From Patescibacteria group bacterium (GTDB taxonomy: Bacteria > Patescibacteriota > Microgenomatia > 0-14-0-10-38-17), in contig JBMNNJ010000001.1 in assembly GCA_050953885.1 (NCBI GenBank), positions 527,437 through 591,436 of the forward strand: a DNA stretch of 64,000 nt. Reading direction: 5' to 3'. This document shows positions 54,698 to 64,000 of this stretch, one piece after another. Both the position numbers and the translations under genes were made by a program. Position 1 is the stretch's first letter. Every line of letters starts with the position of its first letter. The notes under the pieces are model-generated. The model saw nothing but the letters and a program-made list of their open reading frames with translations. It was not told the origin of the DNA and did not search any database.

Positions 54698-55966
54698 ATG
54701 AGTTTGGAGAGAGAAAGAAGAGAACAAGAGCAATCGCCTTCGCCAATAGTTTTTTTTCTTCACGCCTATCAGCCGCCGCGCGAGCTTTATTTTGTCAACA
54801 ATGGCCACGGGGAAACGCTTCAAATTTATCCCGAGATTAACGAACAAATTTACCGAGAGGTTTATCGGCCAATTTTAGTTGATTCGGAAGAAAGATTTCC
54901 CCAAGGGATGGTTTTTTCCTTCTACTCTACCCTGCGGGAATGGATGAAAAGCACTCACCCTGATGATTTTGAGAAAATGGTTGATCTTGTTGGCAGGCAA
55001 AAAGACCGGGAATATCAAGTTTTAGGAGACCCTTTTATTCACGCGATTTTACCCCTTTTACCCGAAGACGATCAAAGGCTTCTTTTAGATTTGGGGCAGA
55101 AAGCTTTTAGGGAGGATTTTGGTTTTACCCCTAAAGGCTTGTGGCTTCCGGAAACAGCGATTAGTTCGGCCACTTTAGACAAGGCTAAGGAAGTTGGCTA
55201 TGAATTTGTTGCTTTGCGAGACGATCAAATAGTCTTCCCGCCGGGGGTAAAAAAAGAACAGCCGGTATTTGTTTCTTTGCCATCAGGAGAAAAGATGGGG
55301 GTTTTTTGGTTTGAGACTTCGGAAAGCGGCAAAGTTGCCTTTGATGATGGGGAAACAATTAGCGCCGATAATTTTCTGGAAAGATGCCAAAATAGCCAAG
55401 AGCAACTGGCGGTGGGGGTGGATATGGAAACCTTTGGCCATCATAAGCCCGGTCGGGAAAAATTTTTACTGGAAGCTCTTTCTCCGGCGGTTTTAACTTC
55501 CCACCGTATTGCCCCCTTAAACTTAAGAGAAGCCTTGGCAAAGCCAAGCGGAGAAAAAACATTTGTTGGGTTGGTGGAGGATTCCAGTTGGAGTTGTCCG
55601 CACCTGCTGGGTCGGTGGCGGGGAACTTGTTCTTGCGATTCTCCTTCGGAAGCGGTTCTGGCCGAGAAAAGAAAACTTTATGAAGAATTAGCCGCTTTTA
55701 ATAGCGAGTTTCAAATTAGTAGGGGTCAGGAAAGCGATTTTATAAAAAGAGTCTTGCGGGCAAGAGAGGATCTTTTTGCCGGCAGGAATTTTGAGGCTAA
55801 ATTTTGTTTCGGATTAACAGATGAAGAAAAGAAACAATATTTAGGTAAGCTCTACTCTCTTTTGGGTTTTACCAGTTGCGGTTGGTTTTGGGGAGGGGAT
55901 AATCGTCGGGAAAGAATGATTACCCAAAAAGCACTGGAAACATTAGAAACAATAGCGAGCGAATAA
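54698..55966 (+). CDS. hypothetical protein, possibly GH57-like glycoside hydrolase
   Basis: 'FFLHAYQPPRE', 'GLWLPETAIS', 'DMETFGHH' resemble GH57 conserved regions; weak. Confidence 0.3.
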   Translation: MSLERERREQEQSPSPIVFFLHAYQPPRELYFVNNGHGETLQIYPEINEQIYREVYRPILVDSEERFPQGMVFSFYSTLREWMKSTHPDDFEKMVDLVGRQKDREYQVLGDPFIHAILPLLPEDDQRLLLDLGQKAFREDFGFTPKGLWLPETAISSATLDKAKEVGYEFVALRDDQIVFPPGVKKEQPVFVSLPSGEKMGVFWFETSESGKVAFDDGETISADNFLERCQNSQEQLAVGVDMETFGHHKPGREKFLLEALSPAVLTSHRIAPLNLREALAKPSGEKTFVGLVEDSSWSCPHLLGRWRGTCSCDSPSEAVLAEKRKLYEELAAFNSEFQISRGQESDFIKRVLRAREDLFAGRNFEAKFCFGLTDEEKKQYLGKLYSLLGFTSCGWFWGGDNRRERMITQKALETLETIASE

Positions 55967-56021
55967 TTAGATAGTAAGGTAGGACTTGCTTTTAGGTTGT
56001 AAATTGTGTACTCTTAACTAG

Positions 56022-56831
56022 ATGTTAAACCAAGAAACGAATTCTTCCATGGCAGGATTTTGGGGAAAAAAGTCAACGCTGGTGAATGTTTTTCTGGCCG
56101 TTTTGATTATTTTTGCGGTGGCCTTAACCGTTTCCACCGTCGTGGGGATACAAAATAAAATTAAGGAAGGAAGATATATTGGTCAGGAGATTGAAACCAA
56201 AAATACGCTGGTGGTTTCCGGTCGTGGCGAGGTTTACGGTAAGCCTGATTTGGCCTTAATTTCTTTTGCGGTTTCCTCCGAGGCAAAAACAGTGGCCGAG
56301 GCCATGGCCCAAAACAGCCAAAAGATGAACGCGGTGATTGCTTTTGTTAAGAGCCAAGGCATAGAAGATAAGGATTTAAAAACCACCACCTTTAGCCTTC
56401 GTCCTCGCTATGAATGGCGCGAGGATCTTTCTCCCCAGCGGCAGTTGATAGGTTATGAAGCGCGCCAGGAATTGGAGGTAAAAGTGCGGGCAATGGATAA
56501 AATCGGCAGCCTTATTGAAGGAGCCACCGCCGCTGGTGCCAATCAGATAGGCGATCTGCAGTTTACGATTGATAATCGGGAAGAGCTGGAGAGGGAGGCG
56601 CGAGAAGAAGCGGTGAAAAATGCCAAGGATAGGGCCAAAGAGCTGGCTTCTCTTTTAGGAGTGAACTTGGTGCGAATTACTAATTTCAGTGAAAAGAGCC
56701 AGGCGCCAACCTATTCTTTGCAAACTTTTGGTGCTTTGGAAGCAACAACTGACGAGAAAGAAGCGCCGCAAATAGAGACAGGGGAAAATAAAATTGAAAT
56801 TACGGTAAGCATTACTTATGAAATTAATTAG
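56022..56831 (+). CDS. SIMPL/DUF541 (BP26-like) periplasmic protein
   Basis: TM anchor then 'LVVSGRGEVYGKPDLALISFAVSSEAKTVAEAMAQNSQKMNAVIAFVKSQGIEDKDLKTTTFSLRP'. Confidence 0.7.
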   Translation: MLNQETNSSMAGFWGKKSTLVNVFLAVLIIFAVALTVSTVVGIQNKIKEGRYIGQEIETKNTLVVSGRGEVYGKPDLALISFAVSSEAKTVAEAMAQNSQKMNAVIAFVKSQGIEDKDLKTTTFSLRPRYEWREDLSPQRQLIGYEARQELEVKVRAMDKIGSLIEGATAAGANQIGDLQFTIDNREELEREAREEAVKNAKDRAKELASLLGVNLVRITNFSEKSQAPTYSLQTFGALEATTDEKEAPQIETGENKIEITVSITYEIN

Positions 56832-56950
56832 TCGAAACGGATTTTTAAAAAAAGAAAGAAACCTCACATTCTCTTCTCTAACTCCCCAGAGGCCTTGGCG
56901 TAATTATTTGACAAAAGCACTAAAATAATCTTAGATAAAGTTTATCTTTT

Positions 56951-57712
56951 ATGGGAGAAGAAAAAAAATTAGTCAGTGTTATTATCCCCGCCTTCAACGA
57001 GGAGAAAACAGTGGCGGAAGTGGTTAAGGTTTGCCTAAAGACGCCCGAAGTGGGAGAGATAATTGTTGTCAACGATGGCTCGCAGGATAAAACCAAGGAA
57101 AGGCTTCAGGTTTTTAGAGATAAAGATAAAATTAAGGTGGTTAATCTTCCCAAAAACCGCGGCAAGGGTTATGCTGTGGCCCAAGGAATTAAAAGAGCGC
57201 GTTATGATTACCTCCTTTTTTTAGATGCCGATTTAATTAATCTTCAGCCGTATTATCTTTCTTCTTTGTCTTGGCCGGTGTTGAATGATCAGGCCGATAT
57301 GACGATTGCCGCCCCCTCTTTTTTCTACAGCCCCTATTATCTTTCTTGGCCTCTTTCCGGTCAGCGCTGTTTGAAGAAAATTTTTTTTAGTAAGGAAACA
57401 GTTGAAAAAATGGAAAAGACGGGTTATGGTTTAGAAGTTTTCCTTAATGAATTGATGAAAAAGAAAAGAATTGTCGTGGTGCCCTGGGTTTCTGGTAAGC
57501 CGCTTCATCTTAAGAAAGTTAAGAAACAACAAAATTGGATGAAGGCCTATGTGAAGGAGAACTTTCAGGTTTTCCGCCAAACAATTGCCAACCAGCGCTC
57601 TTCTTATCAGGAAAAAATGAAAACAGGTTTTCTCCGTAGTTTAGCTGACTACCTTAAGGTTAACTATCAGCGTTTAAAGGACTACCTTTTAGAGGAAGAG
57701 CTAGAAGAATAG
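56951..57712 (+). CDS. family 2 glycosyltransferase (Dpm1/GtrB-like)
   Basis: 'VSVIIPAFNEEKTVAEVV...IIVVNDGSQDKT...LFLDADL'. Confidence 0.7.
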   Translation: MGEEKKLVSVIIPAFNEEKTVAEVVKVCLKTPEVGEIIVVNDGSQDKTKERLQVFRDKDKIKVVNLPKNRGKGYAVAQGIKRARYDYLLFLDADLINLQPYYLSSLSWPVLNDQADMTIAAPSFFYSPYYLSWPLSGQRCLKKIFFSKETVEKMEKTGYGLEVFLNELMKKKRIVVVPWVSGKPLHLKKVKKQQNWMKAYVKENFQVFRQTIANQRSSYQEKMKTGFLRSLADYLKVNYQRLKDYLLEEELEE

Positions 57713-58710
57713 TTAAGAAGAGAAAAAATTTCGTTTTGAGCCTGAAAAGAGCGGAAAAGCACCCTTAAAGTAGGGATAATGAGCTGGCTTTGGTAACAGT
57801 TGAGAGCCTTTCTTTTTTTAGCTATTTGTTCTTTTGATAGCCAAAAGCTGAACCAGCCTTCCCCTTTTGGGCTGACTTGTCGAGGAGGAAACAAAATTTT
57901 ATTTTTCTTTTTTAGGCCTGGCGGGTAAACACGGAAAAAATTGAAAATTCTTAGGTGGATCGGATATTGGTAGAGAGTTCCCTGCCAGCGAATTGCTTTT
58001 AAGGCTTTTTTGATAAAAAGGGCAACGGCTTGATGATCGGGATTGCTCTCTTTCTGATGGGGAGCAAAAATAACTGTGGGCTGAAATTCTTCGATGACGT
58101 CTTTAATGTCTTTAGCAAGATTTTCTCCGCGGTATTCCTGTGAAGTATCTGGCGAGTGGTCAAGTTTTGTTGTTTGGCTGGCAATTAATTTTTTTGGTTT
58201 TTTCCATAAAGAAGAGAGGACTCCGTCGGGATAATCCCAAAAAAGCAGGTTATTTTCTTGCCCGCCTAAAGCTTTGATTGCCCTTTTGGCTTCTTCTTCT
58301 CTTACCCGGCTGGTTTCAATAAATTTTTCCGGCAAAAACCTGACTTTTTTATCCTTTAAAAAAAGAGAGGGGTTGCCATTACCGCGGGTAACAAAAACAA
58401 TTTTAAGGGGATTTTTTTGGGCTAAAAGTTGGCTGATCAGGCCGCCGGCGGCAAGAGTTTCGTCGTCAGGATGGGGGGAAAAGAAAAGCACCCGTTCCTT
58501 TCTTTTTATTTTTAGCAAAGAAAGGGAAGGCTTTTTTGAACGCGAGAGCCAACCTTCTAAAAAGCCAATTCCTCCTGAAAGAAAAATCAGAAAGAGAACA
58601 AGCCATCCTAAGATTAAGGCAAAACTATTGGCAAGACTTGGGAAAGGAAGACCGCTTATTTGGGAGAAAAAAGCCATTCCTAAACTGATTACCAGTAAGA
58701 TTTTTATCAT
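57682..58710 (-). CDS. PIG-L/LmbE family N-acetylglucosaminyl deacetylase with N-terminal TM
   Basis: 'VLFFSPHPDDETLAAGGLI...NPDHQAVA'. Confidence 0.7.
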   Translation of the reverse strand: MIKILLVISLGMAFFSQISGLPFPSLANSFALILGWLVLFLIFLSGGIGFLEGWLSRSKKPSLSLLKIKRKERVLFFSPHPDDETLAAGGLISQLLAQKNPLKIVFVTRGNGNPSLFLKDKKVRFLPEKFIETSRVREEEAKRAIKALGGQENNLLFWDYPDGVLSSLWKKPKKLIASQTTKLDHSPDTSQEYRGENLAKDIKDVIEEFQPTVIFAPHQKESNPDHQAVALFIKKALKAIRWQGTLYQYPIHLRIFNFFRVYPPGLKKKNKILFPPRQVSPKGEGWFSFWLSKEQIAKKRKALNCYQSQLIIPTLRVLFRSFQAQNEIFSLLNYSSSSSSKR

Positions 58711-58762
58711 TAAGTTCCTATTTTAACATTTTGCCTTATTTTTTAAGATATAATGATTAGTA

Positions 58763-59533
58763 ATGACTTATTTTCAAGCCTTTATTCTTTCCCTGGTTGA
58801 GGGGATTACCGAATTTTTGCCTGTTTCCTCAACCGGCCATCTGATTTTAGTAAGCCACCTTTTGGGTCTTGCCCAAACGGAATTTTTAAAAAGTTTTGAA
58901 ATCATTATCCAATTGGGGGCAATTTTGGCGGTGGCCGTTTTATACTGGCGCACTTTGTTTTCCAGCCGCCGCCTGCTTCTCCGGGTGCTTATCGCCTTTA
59001 TCCCCACCGGCCTGATTGGTTTTTTTGCTTATCCGTTGGTGAAGGGTTTTCTTCTTGGTAATCTTCAGATAGTGATTGTTTCCCTTGCTTTAGGGGGGAT
59101 CTTAATGCTGGCTCTGGAGGACTTCTTTAGCCAAAGAAAGCGTCAGAAGAAAATTAAAGACTTAAACCTAGCTCAAGTTTTTTTAATCGGTGTGGCCCAA
59201 TCTCTTGCTTTGGTCCCCGGGGTTTCCCGGGCAATGGTAACGATTTTTGCCGGTCTGGGGACGGGCTTGAGCCGCAAAAGCGCCACCGAGTTTTCTTTTC
59301 TTTTGGCCATCCCCACCATGGTGGGGGCCGCGGGTCTTGATTTGGCAAAAGTAGGTTTTTCTTTCACACGTCAGGAGTATTTGATTTTGCTGGTGGGCTT
59401 TTTGGGAGCTTTTCTGGCGGCGCTTTTAACAATTAAAGCCTTGACTGGCTTTGTTAAGAGCCATTCTTTTCGGATTTTTGCTTTCTACCGGATTATTTTG
59501 GCTTTTGTTTTTTGGTTTTTCTTGGGCCGCTAA
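58763..59533 (+). CDS. uppP: undecaprenyl-diphosphatase
   Basis: 'AFILSLVEGITEFLPVSSTGHLIL' canonical BacA/UppP N-terminus; about 8 TM helices. Confidence 0.85.
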   Translation: MTYFQAFILSLVEGITEFLPVSSTGHLILVSHLLGLAQTEFLKSFEIIIQLGAILAVAVLYWRTLFSSRRLLLRVLIAFIPTGLIGFFAYPLVKGFLLGNLQIVIVSLALGGILMLALEDFFSQRKRQKKIKDLNLAQVFLIGVAQSLALVPGVSRAMVTIFAGLGTGLSRKSATEFSFLLAIPTMVGAAGLDLAKVGFSFTRQEYLILLVGFLGAFLAALLTIKALTGFVKSHSFRIFAFYRIILAFVFWFFLGR

Positions 59534-59577
59534 AGCTTTAAAGCACTTATTTTTGTTCTACCGCTTTCTTTTCTTTC

Positions 59578-60591
59578 TTGGGTAAGAAGAATATAATGGA
59601 AAAATTAAAAATGATTGGCAAGTTAAAAAAAGCAACGATTTTTTTGGGAGTTTTTGTTTTGGGAGTGGCTTTGGGCGCTTTAGGGGAAAAGCTTTTAACC
59701 AAAAAAGAAGAAGAAAATGTTTTTTTCCGCCAGCGCCAGTCGGAGTATCAATTCATTAATCCCCTGCTTGACTTTGCTCCCCTTGAAGAAACCAGACGGG
59801 GGGATTTAGTTTTTTTAAGAAAAAAGCTGGAAGAGTTAATCAATACGGCTGTTAAAAGTAACAAGGCTTCCCAAGTGGGCATTTATTTTCAAGAACTAAA
59901 TTCCGGCGCCTGGATTGGTCTTGGCGAGAGAGAAAAATTTGCTCCCGCCAGCCTCCTTAAAGTTCCTTTAATGATTGCTTATCTAAAAGTTGCCGAAGAG
60001 GATCCCGATTATCTTTACCAAGAGATAGAATATCAGCCCCAGGAGGCGCTTTCCCAAAATATTCCGCCGGAAAAGCAATTAGTGGCGGGCCAATCTTATT
60101 CAATTGGCAATCTTATTAGGCGGATGATTGTTTATTCCGACAATCAGGCGCTGGAGATCTTGGCGGACAAAATTGAAAAAAATAAATTGGCGGAAGTTTA
60201 TGCCGATTTAGGCTTAAAGGTGCCGGCAGATGAGGCGGAGGAGAACTTTATCACCGTCAAAGACTATGCCGCTCTTTTCAGGATTCTTTATAACGCCTCT
60301 TATCTTAGCCGCGAGATGTCGGAGAAGGCGCTTAAATTATTAAGCGAAGTGGTTTATGAGGATGGTTTGGTCGCTGTCCTGCCTGAAGGGATTAAGGTGG
60401 CCCATAAATTTGGCGAGCGGGCTTATGAGGAAAGCGGGGTAAAACAATTTCACGATTGCGGGATTATTTATTACCCCGGCAAGCCCTACCTGCTTTGCGT
60501 AATGACCCGTGGAGACGATTTTAACGCTCTTCAGGGAATTGTGCGGCAAGTTTCCCAGACTGTTTATCAAACTATTAGCCTTAATAATTAG
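59578..60591 (+). CDS. class-A beta-lactamase-like serine hydrolase, membrane anchored
   Basis: 'FAPASLLKVPLM' (SxxK), 'YSDNQA' (SDN), 'AHKFGE'. Confidence 0.55.
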   Translation: MGKKNIMEKLKMIGKLKKATIFLGVFVLGVALGALGEKLLTKKEEENVFFRQRQSEYQFINPLLDFAPLEETRRGDLVFLRKKLEELINTAVKSNKASQVGIYFQELNSGAWIGLGEREKFAPASLLKVPLMIAYLKVAEEDPDYLYQEIEYQPQEALSQNIPPEKQLVAGQSYSIGNLIRRMIVYSDNQALEILADKIEKNKLAEVYADLGLKVPADEAEENFITVKDYAALFRILYNASYLSREMSEKALKLLSEVVYEDGLVAVLPEGIKVAHKFGERAYEESGVKQFHDCGIIYYPGKPYLLCVMTRGDDFNALQGIVRQVSQTVYQTISLNN

Positions 60592-60613
60592 CTCTCGGTT
60601 TTGCCCGCCTGGC

Positions 60614-61057
60614 TTAATTTGTTTTTGTTTTTAGTCCGGGTGGTTGGTGCGGGCGGCGAGAAGCTTCCATCAGTTTTTGGTCTAAGCTTTTTAAGGCGAT
60701 GTTTTTTCGAGACGAGAGAAAGACATAGGCGGCATCATAAAAAGAAAGGTTTTCACCCAGGCTAATGGCCAGAGTTTCTTCATAATTAATCTCCTCGTAA
60801 ATTATTGGCAATCTTAAAAAAGCTTCTAAAAGCTTTACCCCCGTGTTTTTGGCGAGTCTTTTTTGCTTAATGGCCGATCTTAGGGCATTGGCCACTTCAT
60901 ATCGCAGTAGGCTTGGGGCAAGAAAGTCAACCGCGCCTTTTTCAAAAGAAGAAAATAACTTTTTAATCTTTGGCCTTGCGGCCTCGTCCGGAAGCAGTTT
61001 TGCCAAGATAATGCTGGCGTCAACAACAACTTTTTTAGTATTTTCGGCCATCTTCAA
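60614..61057 (-). CDS. vapC: PIN-domain toxin (VapC-like)
   Basis: 'VVVDASIILAKLLPDE...', acidic residues spaced as in PIN domains. Confidence 0.65.
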   Translation of the reverse strand: MKMAENTKKVVVDASIILAKLLPDEAARPKIKKLFSSFEKGAVDFLAPSLLRYEVANALRSAIKQKRLAKNTGVKLLEAFLRLPIIYEEINYEETLAISLGENLSFYDAAYVFLSSRKNIALKSLDQKLMEASRRPHQPPGLKTKTN

Positions 61058-61277
61058 CTAATTTTTTATAATCAATCCCCTTTGTTTTGGCTTGGGCGGA
61101 GAGGTTTTCTATTTCTTCCAGGATTTGTTGGCGGGAATTGGCGGCTTGATAATCATAGAAAGCCCTTATCGCCCTTCTTATTAATTCGCCCATTGATTTG
61201 TTTTCTTTTTCAGCCAAACGCGACAAGAGAGCGTAATCAGTTTCGGTGAGCAAGAGGTTAGTTCTTTTGGTAAGCAT
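61035..61277 (-). CDS. ribbon-helix-helix antitoxin (VapB/CopG-like)
   Basis: 'TNLLLTETDYALLSRLAEKENKSMGELIRRAI'; overlaps the PIN gene by 23 nt. Confidence 0.55.
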   Translation of the reverse strand: MLTKRTNLLLTETDYALLSRLAEKENKSMGELIRRAIRAFYDYQAANSRQQILEEIENLSAQAKTKGIDYKKLVEDGRKY

Positions 61278-61464
61278 AATATTAAAGTAACATATTACTT
61301 AATGACTGTCAAGAGAAGAAATTAATAATCGTTAAACTGTTAGGAACACGAATTAATACGAATGAGTGAACAAAATGTAGGAGCGCCCCTTGTGGGCGCC
61401 CGACCATGTGGGCGGAAATAAGCCCCCAACGGGTGATTCATAAATCACCCCTACCATGATTAGT

Positions 61465-61737
61465 TTAAGAAACAGCCGGCTTTTGGTAGCTTTCAAAGGC
61501 GGCGGCGGCTTGGGGGTTGACCAACCGGAGGGAAGACAAAACCTTTTCCCTGATAGCGGCGGTGCGAACAAAGCCTTTAGCGGCGTTAGCTGCCGCCCAA
61601 TTTTCTACTTCTTGGGCAATGCTTTCTGCTTCCTGATCGGTGGCGCCGGCGGCAATAAGACTTTGGCGGATTTTATTGGCGTCAAATTCTTCCAGCCGGC
61701 CGTCTCTTTTTTGCACCCGAATACTCATTTTTCTCAC
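61465..61737 (-). CDS. stand-alone ATP-cone domain protein
   Basis: 'IRVQKRDGRLEEFDANKIRQSLIAAGA' ATP-cone consensus. Confidence 0.5.
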   Translation of the reverse strand: MRKMSIRVQKRDGRLEEFDANKIRQSLIAAGATDQEAESIAQEVENWAAANAAKGFVRTAAIREKVLSSLRLVNPQAAAAFESYQKPAVS

Positions 61738-61977
61738 CCCCCTTTGTTTAGGATACTAAGATATTAAGATACAAAGAGACTAAGATACTAAGAACACAAG
61801 GCATGATACACGATACAAAGAAATACGAGACAGGATGGTTTCTATCCTGTTTTATCCTGTAAACATCCTGTTTAATCCCGTGTGCTTCGCTAGCAGCTTA
61901 TTTCCAGCTTACCCCATTTTTTTGCCAAAAGCAATTTTGGCCGCTGGCCTTTGGGAAAATGATAAAATGAGTTTTAA

Positions 61978-62865
61978 ATGAAACCAGTAGTTAGCTATTC
62001 GGTTATTATTACTGCTTTTCGGGAGGAAAAAACTATTGGTCGGGCCATTGAAGCGATTTTGCCGCAAATTGATTTTTCCAAGGCCGAGCTTTGGGTGGCG
62101 GCGCCGGATGAGGCTACCCTCAAGGTGGCGAAAAACTACCCGCAGGTTAAAACCCTAAAAGATGAGGGGAAAGGCAAGCCGGCGGCGCTTAATCTGGCGG
62201 TTTCAAAAGCCGGCGGAGAAGTTTTAGTTTTAACCGATGGCGATGTTTGGCTGGGAAAGGAGGCATTGGAAAAGATTTTGGCGGTCTTTAAAAATCCCAA
62301 AGTCGGTTTGGCCACCGGTCAACCAAAGCCGGTTAATAAAAGAGATTCTCTTTTTGGTTTCTGGGCGTTCTGCTTAACCGGCGCCGCTCACCAAATAAGG
62401 CTTAAAAGAAGTGCCGCCGGAGATTATTTTGACGGCTCCGGCTATCTTTTGGTGATAAGAAAAAAGTATTGGTCACCGGTTCCGCCTTCTTTATTAACCG
62501 AGGATGTTTTTTTCTCCCAAGAGGTTTGGGAAAAGGGAGGAAAATTGGTCTACGTGCCCCAAGCGGTAGTTTGGGTTAAATTTCCCACTAATTTTTCCGA
62601 CTGGAAAAAGCAAAAGGTGCGCTCGGTGGGTGGGGCGGCGCAAAAGAGAAAAGATTTGCCTTCAATGCGCGGTTTTAAAAATGAATTAAAAGAAAGCCTT
62701 TTTCTTTTAACTCTCCCCTCCTCCTTTAAGGAGTGGCTTTGGCTTTTGCTTCTTTTTTTAGCCCGGCTTTACCTTTGGCTTTTAATTTTTTGGAAGCTAA
62801 AGATACGGCAGTTACCGCAGGAGAAAATTTGGCTAAGAACAGAGAGCACAAAGATGATAGAATAG
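61978..62865 (+). CDS. family 2 glycosyltransferase
   Basis: 'YSVIITAFREEKTIGRAI...VLVLTDGDVWL'. Confidence 0.65.
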   Translation: MKPVVSYSVIITAFREEKTIGRAIEAILPQIDFSKAELWVAAPDEATLKVAKNYPQVKTLKDEGKGKPAALNLAVSKAGGEVLVLTDGDVWLGKEALEKILAVFKNPKVGLATGQPKPVNKRDSLFGFWAFCLTGAAHQIRLKRSAAGDYFDGSGYLLVIRKKYWSPVPPSLLTEDVFFSQEVWEKGGKLVYVPQAVVWVKFPTNFSDWKKQKVRSVGGAAQKRKDLPSMRGFKNELKESLFLLTLPSSFKEWLWLLLLFLARLYLWLLIFWKLKIRQLPQEKIWLRTESTKMIE

Positions 62866-62871
62866 AAATTA

Positions 62872-63993
62872 ATGAGGGCTATTGTTTTGGGAGGAGAAAG
62901 AAAGGATGCCGCTTCGCTTTACCGCCGGCGGCTAATTGTTACCAATTTGGCGGATTTTCGCGTCCAGCTTTTAAACCCCTCTCCCGGCCGGCCGCCGCAG
63001 ACTTCCCCACCTCCCCCTCTTTTTCCCCAACTTTTTTACCAAGAAGAAGAAAAATTTTTGGAAAAGGCGGATTTGGTAATTGCCGACTTAACCAAGAGTG
63101 ATTTTAAAACTGGTTTTTTAGTCTCCAAGGCTTTAGGCTTGCAAAAACCGGTTTTAGGCCTTTTTTGGCAAGAAAAGGAAACAAAAATGCCCGCTTTTGA
63201 TGAGGATTGGCAAAAAAAAGAGCAATTTTTTTGGGAAAGTTTTAACGAGCAAAATATCCGCTCTTTACTGCGCCATTTTTTAAGTTTTTGCCGCCGAAAA
63301 AAACGTTTTTGGGGGAAGCTAATTGCTATTGAGGGAGTGGATGGGTCGGGGAAAAGCACCCAAGCCAGAAAACTTTTTGCCTATTTTAAAAAAAAGGGTC
63401 TAACGGCCAAAATTATTGATTTTCCCTGTTATAAAACTTCTTTTTATGGCCAAATGGTCGGTCGTTTTCTTCAGGGGGAATTTGGCTCACCGCTGGAGGT
63501 TAACCCCTATTTTGCCTCCCTGCCCTATGCTCTTGACCGTCTTGGGGCAAAAGACCAAATTGAGGATTGGTTGCGGGGTGGTTGCTTGGTGATCGCCAAC
63601 CGCTACGCCCCCTCAAACCTTGCCTATCAGGGAGCGCGGTTAAAAGGCAAGAAAGAACAGGAAAAATTTTGGGACTGGGCAGAGCAAATGGAGTATCAGG
63701 TTAACAAAATTCCCCGCGAGGAGGTGGTGGTTTTTCTTCACCTGCCGGCGAGAGTAAGCCAGAAACTTGCTTTTAAGCGCTTTAAAAAAACAGGTAAAAG
63801 CGACGCCTACGAAAAAAATTTGCCTTATCTTGAGGCGGTAGAAAAAGCTTATCTAAAATTAGCCAAGCGGTCCCCCCATTGGTTAACCATTGAATGCCTT
63901 TCTTCGACAGGGGATAAGATTTTGCCGCCAGCGGAAATTAAAAGAAAATTATTCAAGGGCTTGAAGAGAGAAAGATTGTTAAGTAGAATATAG
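62872..63993 (+). CDS. tmk: thymidylate kinase with ~145-aa N-terminal nucleoside-2-deoxyribosyltransferase-like extension
   Basis: C-terminal 'IAIEGVDGSGKSTQ' P-loop plus Tmk lid; N-terminus 'ADLVIADLTKSDFKTGFLVSKALGLQKPVLGLF' is Rossmann-like. Confidence 0.65.
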   Translation: MRAIVLGGERKDAASLYRRRLIVTNLADFRVQLLNPSPGRPPQTSPPPPLFPQLFYQEEEKFLEKADLVIADLTKSDFKTGFLVSKALGLQKPVLGLFWQEKETKMPAFDEDWQKKEQFFWESFNEQNIRSLLRHFLSFCRRKKRFWGKLIAIEGVDGSGKSTQARKLFAYFKKKGLTAKIIDFPCYKTSFYGQMVGRFLQGEFGSPLEVNPYFASLPYALDRLGAKDQIEDWLRGGCLVIANRYAPSNLAYQGARLKGKKEQEKFWDWAEQMEYQVNKIPREEVVVFLHLPARVSQKLAFKRFKKTGKSDAYEKNLPYLEAVEKAYLKLAKRSPHWLTIECLSSTGDKILPPAEIKRKLFKGLKRERLLSRI

Positions 63994-64000
63994 ATAAATT

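Overview
This 64-kb window comes from a small-genome bacterium. Gene content points to a CPR/Patescibacteria-like organism (inference): many tiny membrane proteins, strong AGGAGGTG Shine-Dalgarno sites before selected genes, and a T4SS-like locus without relaxase or coupling protein.

Main content, in map order:
- 1.3-19 kb: a T4SS-like, putative pilus/DNA-uptake locus with six tandem VirB2/TrbC-like pilin paralogs, a secreted Cys-rich protein, a VirB6-like membrane protein, a PrgI/VirB3-like protein, a VirB4 ATPase split into two ORFs by a 460-bp repeat insertion, and a CHAP-domain wall hydrolase.
- 19.8-22.9 kb: the chromosomal origin, arranged dnaA-oriC-dnaN on the minus strand with DnaA-box variants.
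- 30.2-32.3 kb: tmRNA, smpB, comFC and three minus-strand tRNAs.
- 33.4-36.4 kb: dnaG-rpoD.
- 36.5-45.8 kb: tRNA-Asn with an adjacent small GIY-YIG nuclease gene and a duplicated 5' tRNA half, bordering a ~9-kb AT-richer island. The island carries membrane proteins, a private repeat family, and a CYTH / PqqD-like / asparagine-synthetase-like cassette.
- 46-64 kb: an AbiEii-type nucleotidyltransferase pair, DUF5320-DUF134-YibE/F, MazG, envelope genes (three GT2, PIG-L, UppP, SIMPL, beta-lactamase-like), VapBC, an ATP-cone protein and a Tmk fusion.

The most striking sequence-level feature is a family of mosaic, hairpin-forming intergenic repeats built from at least seven reusable modules. It fills almost every intergenic region in the first 36 kb. 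One copy splits VirB4, and the palindromic module recurs inside the tRNA-Asn fragment.
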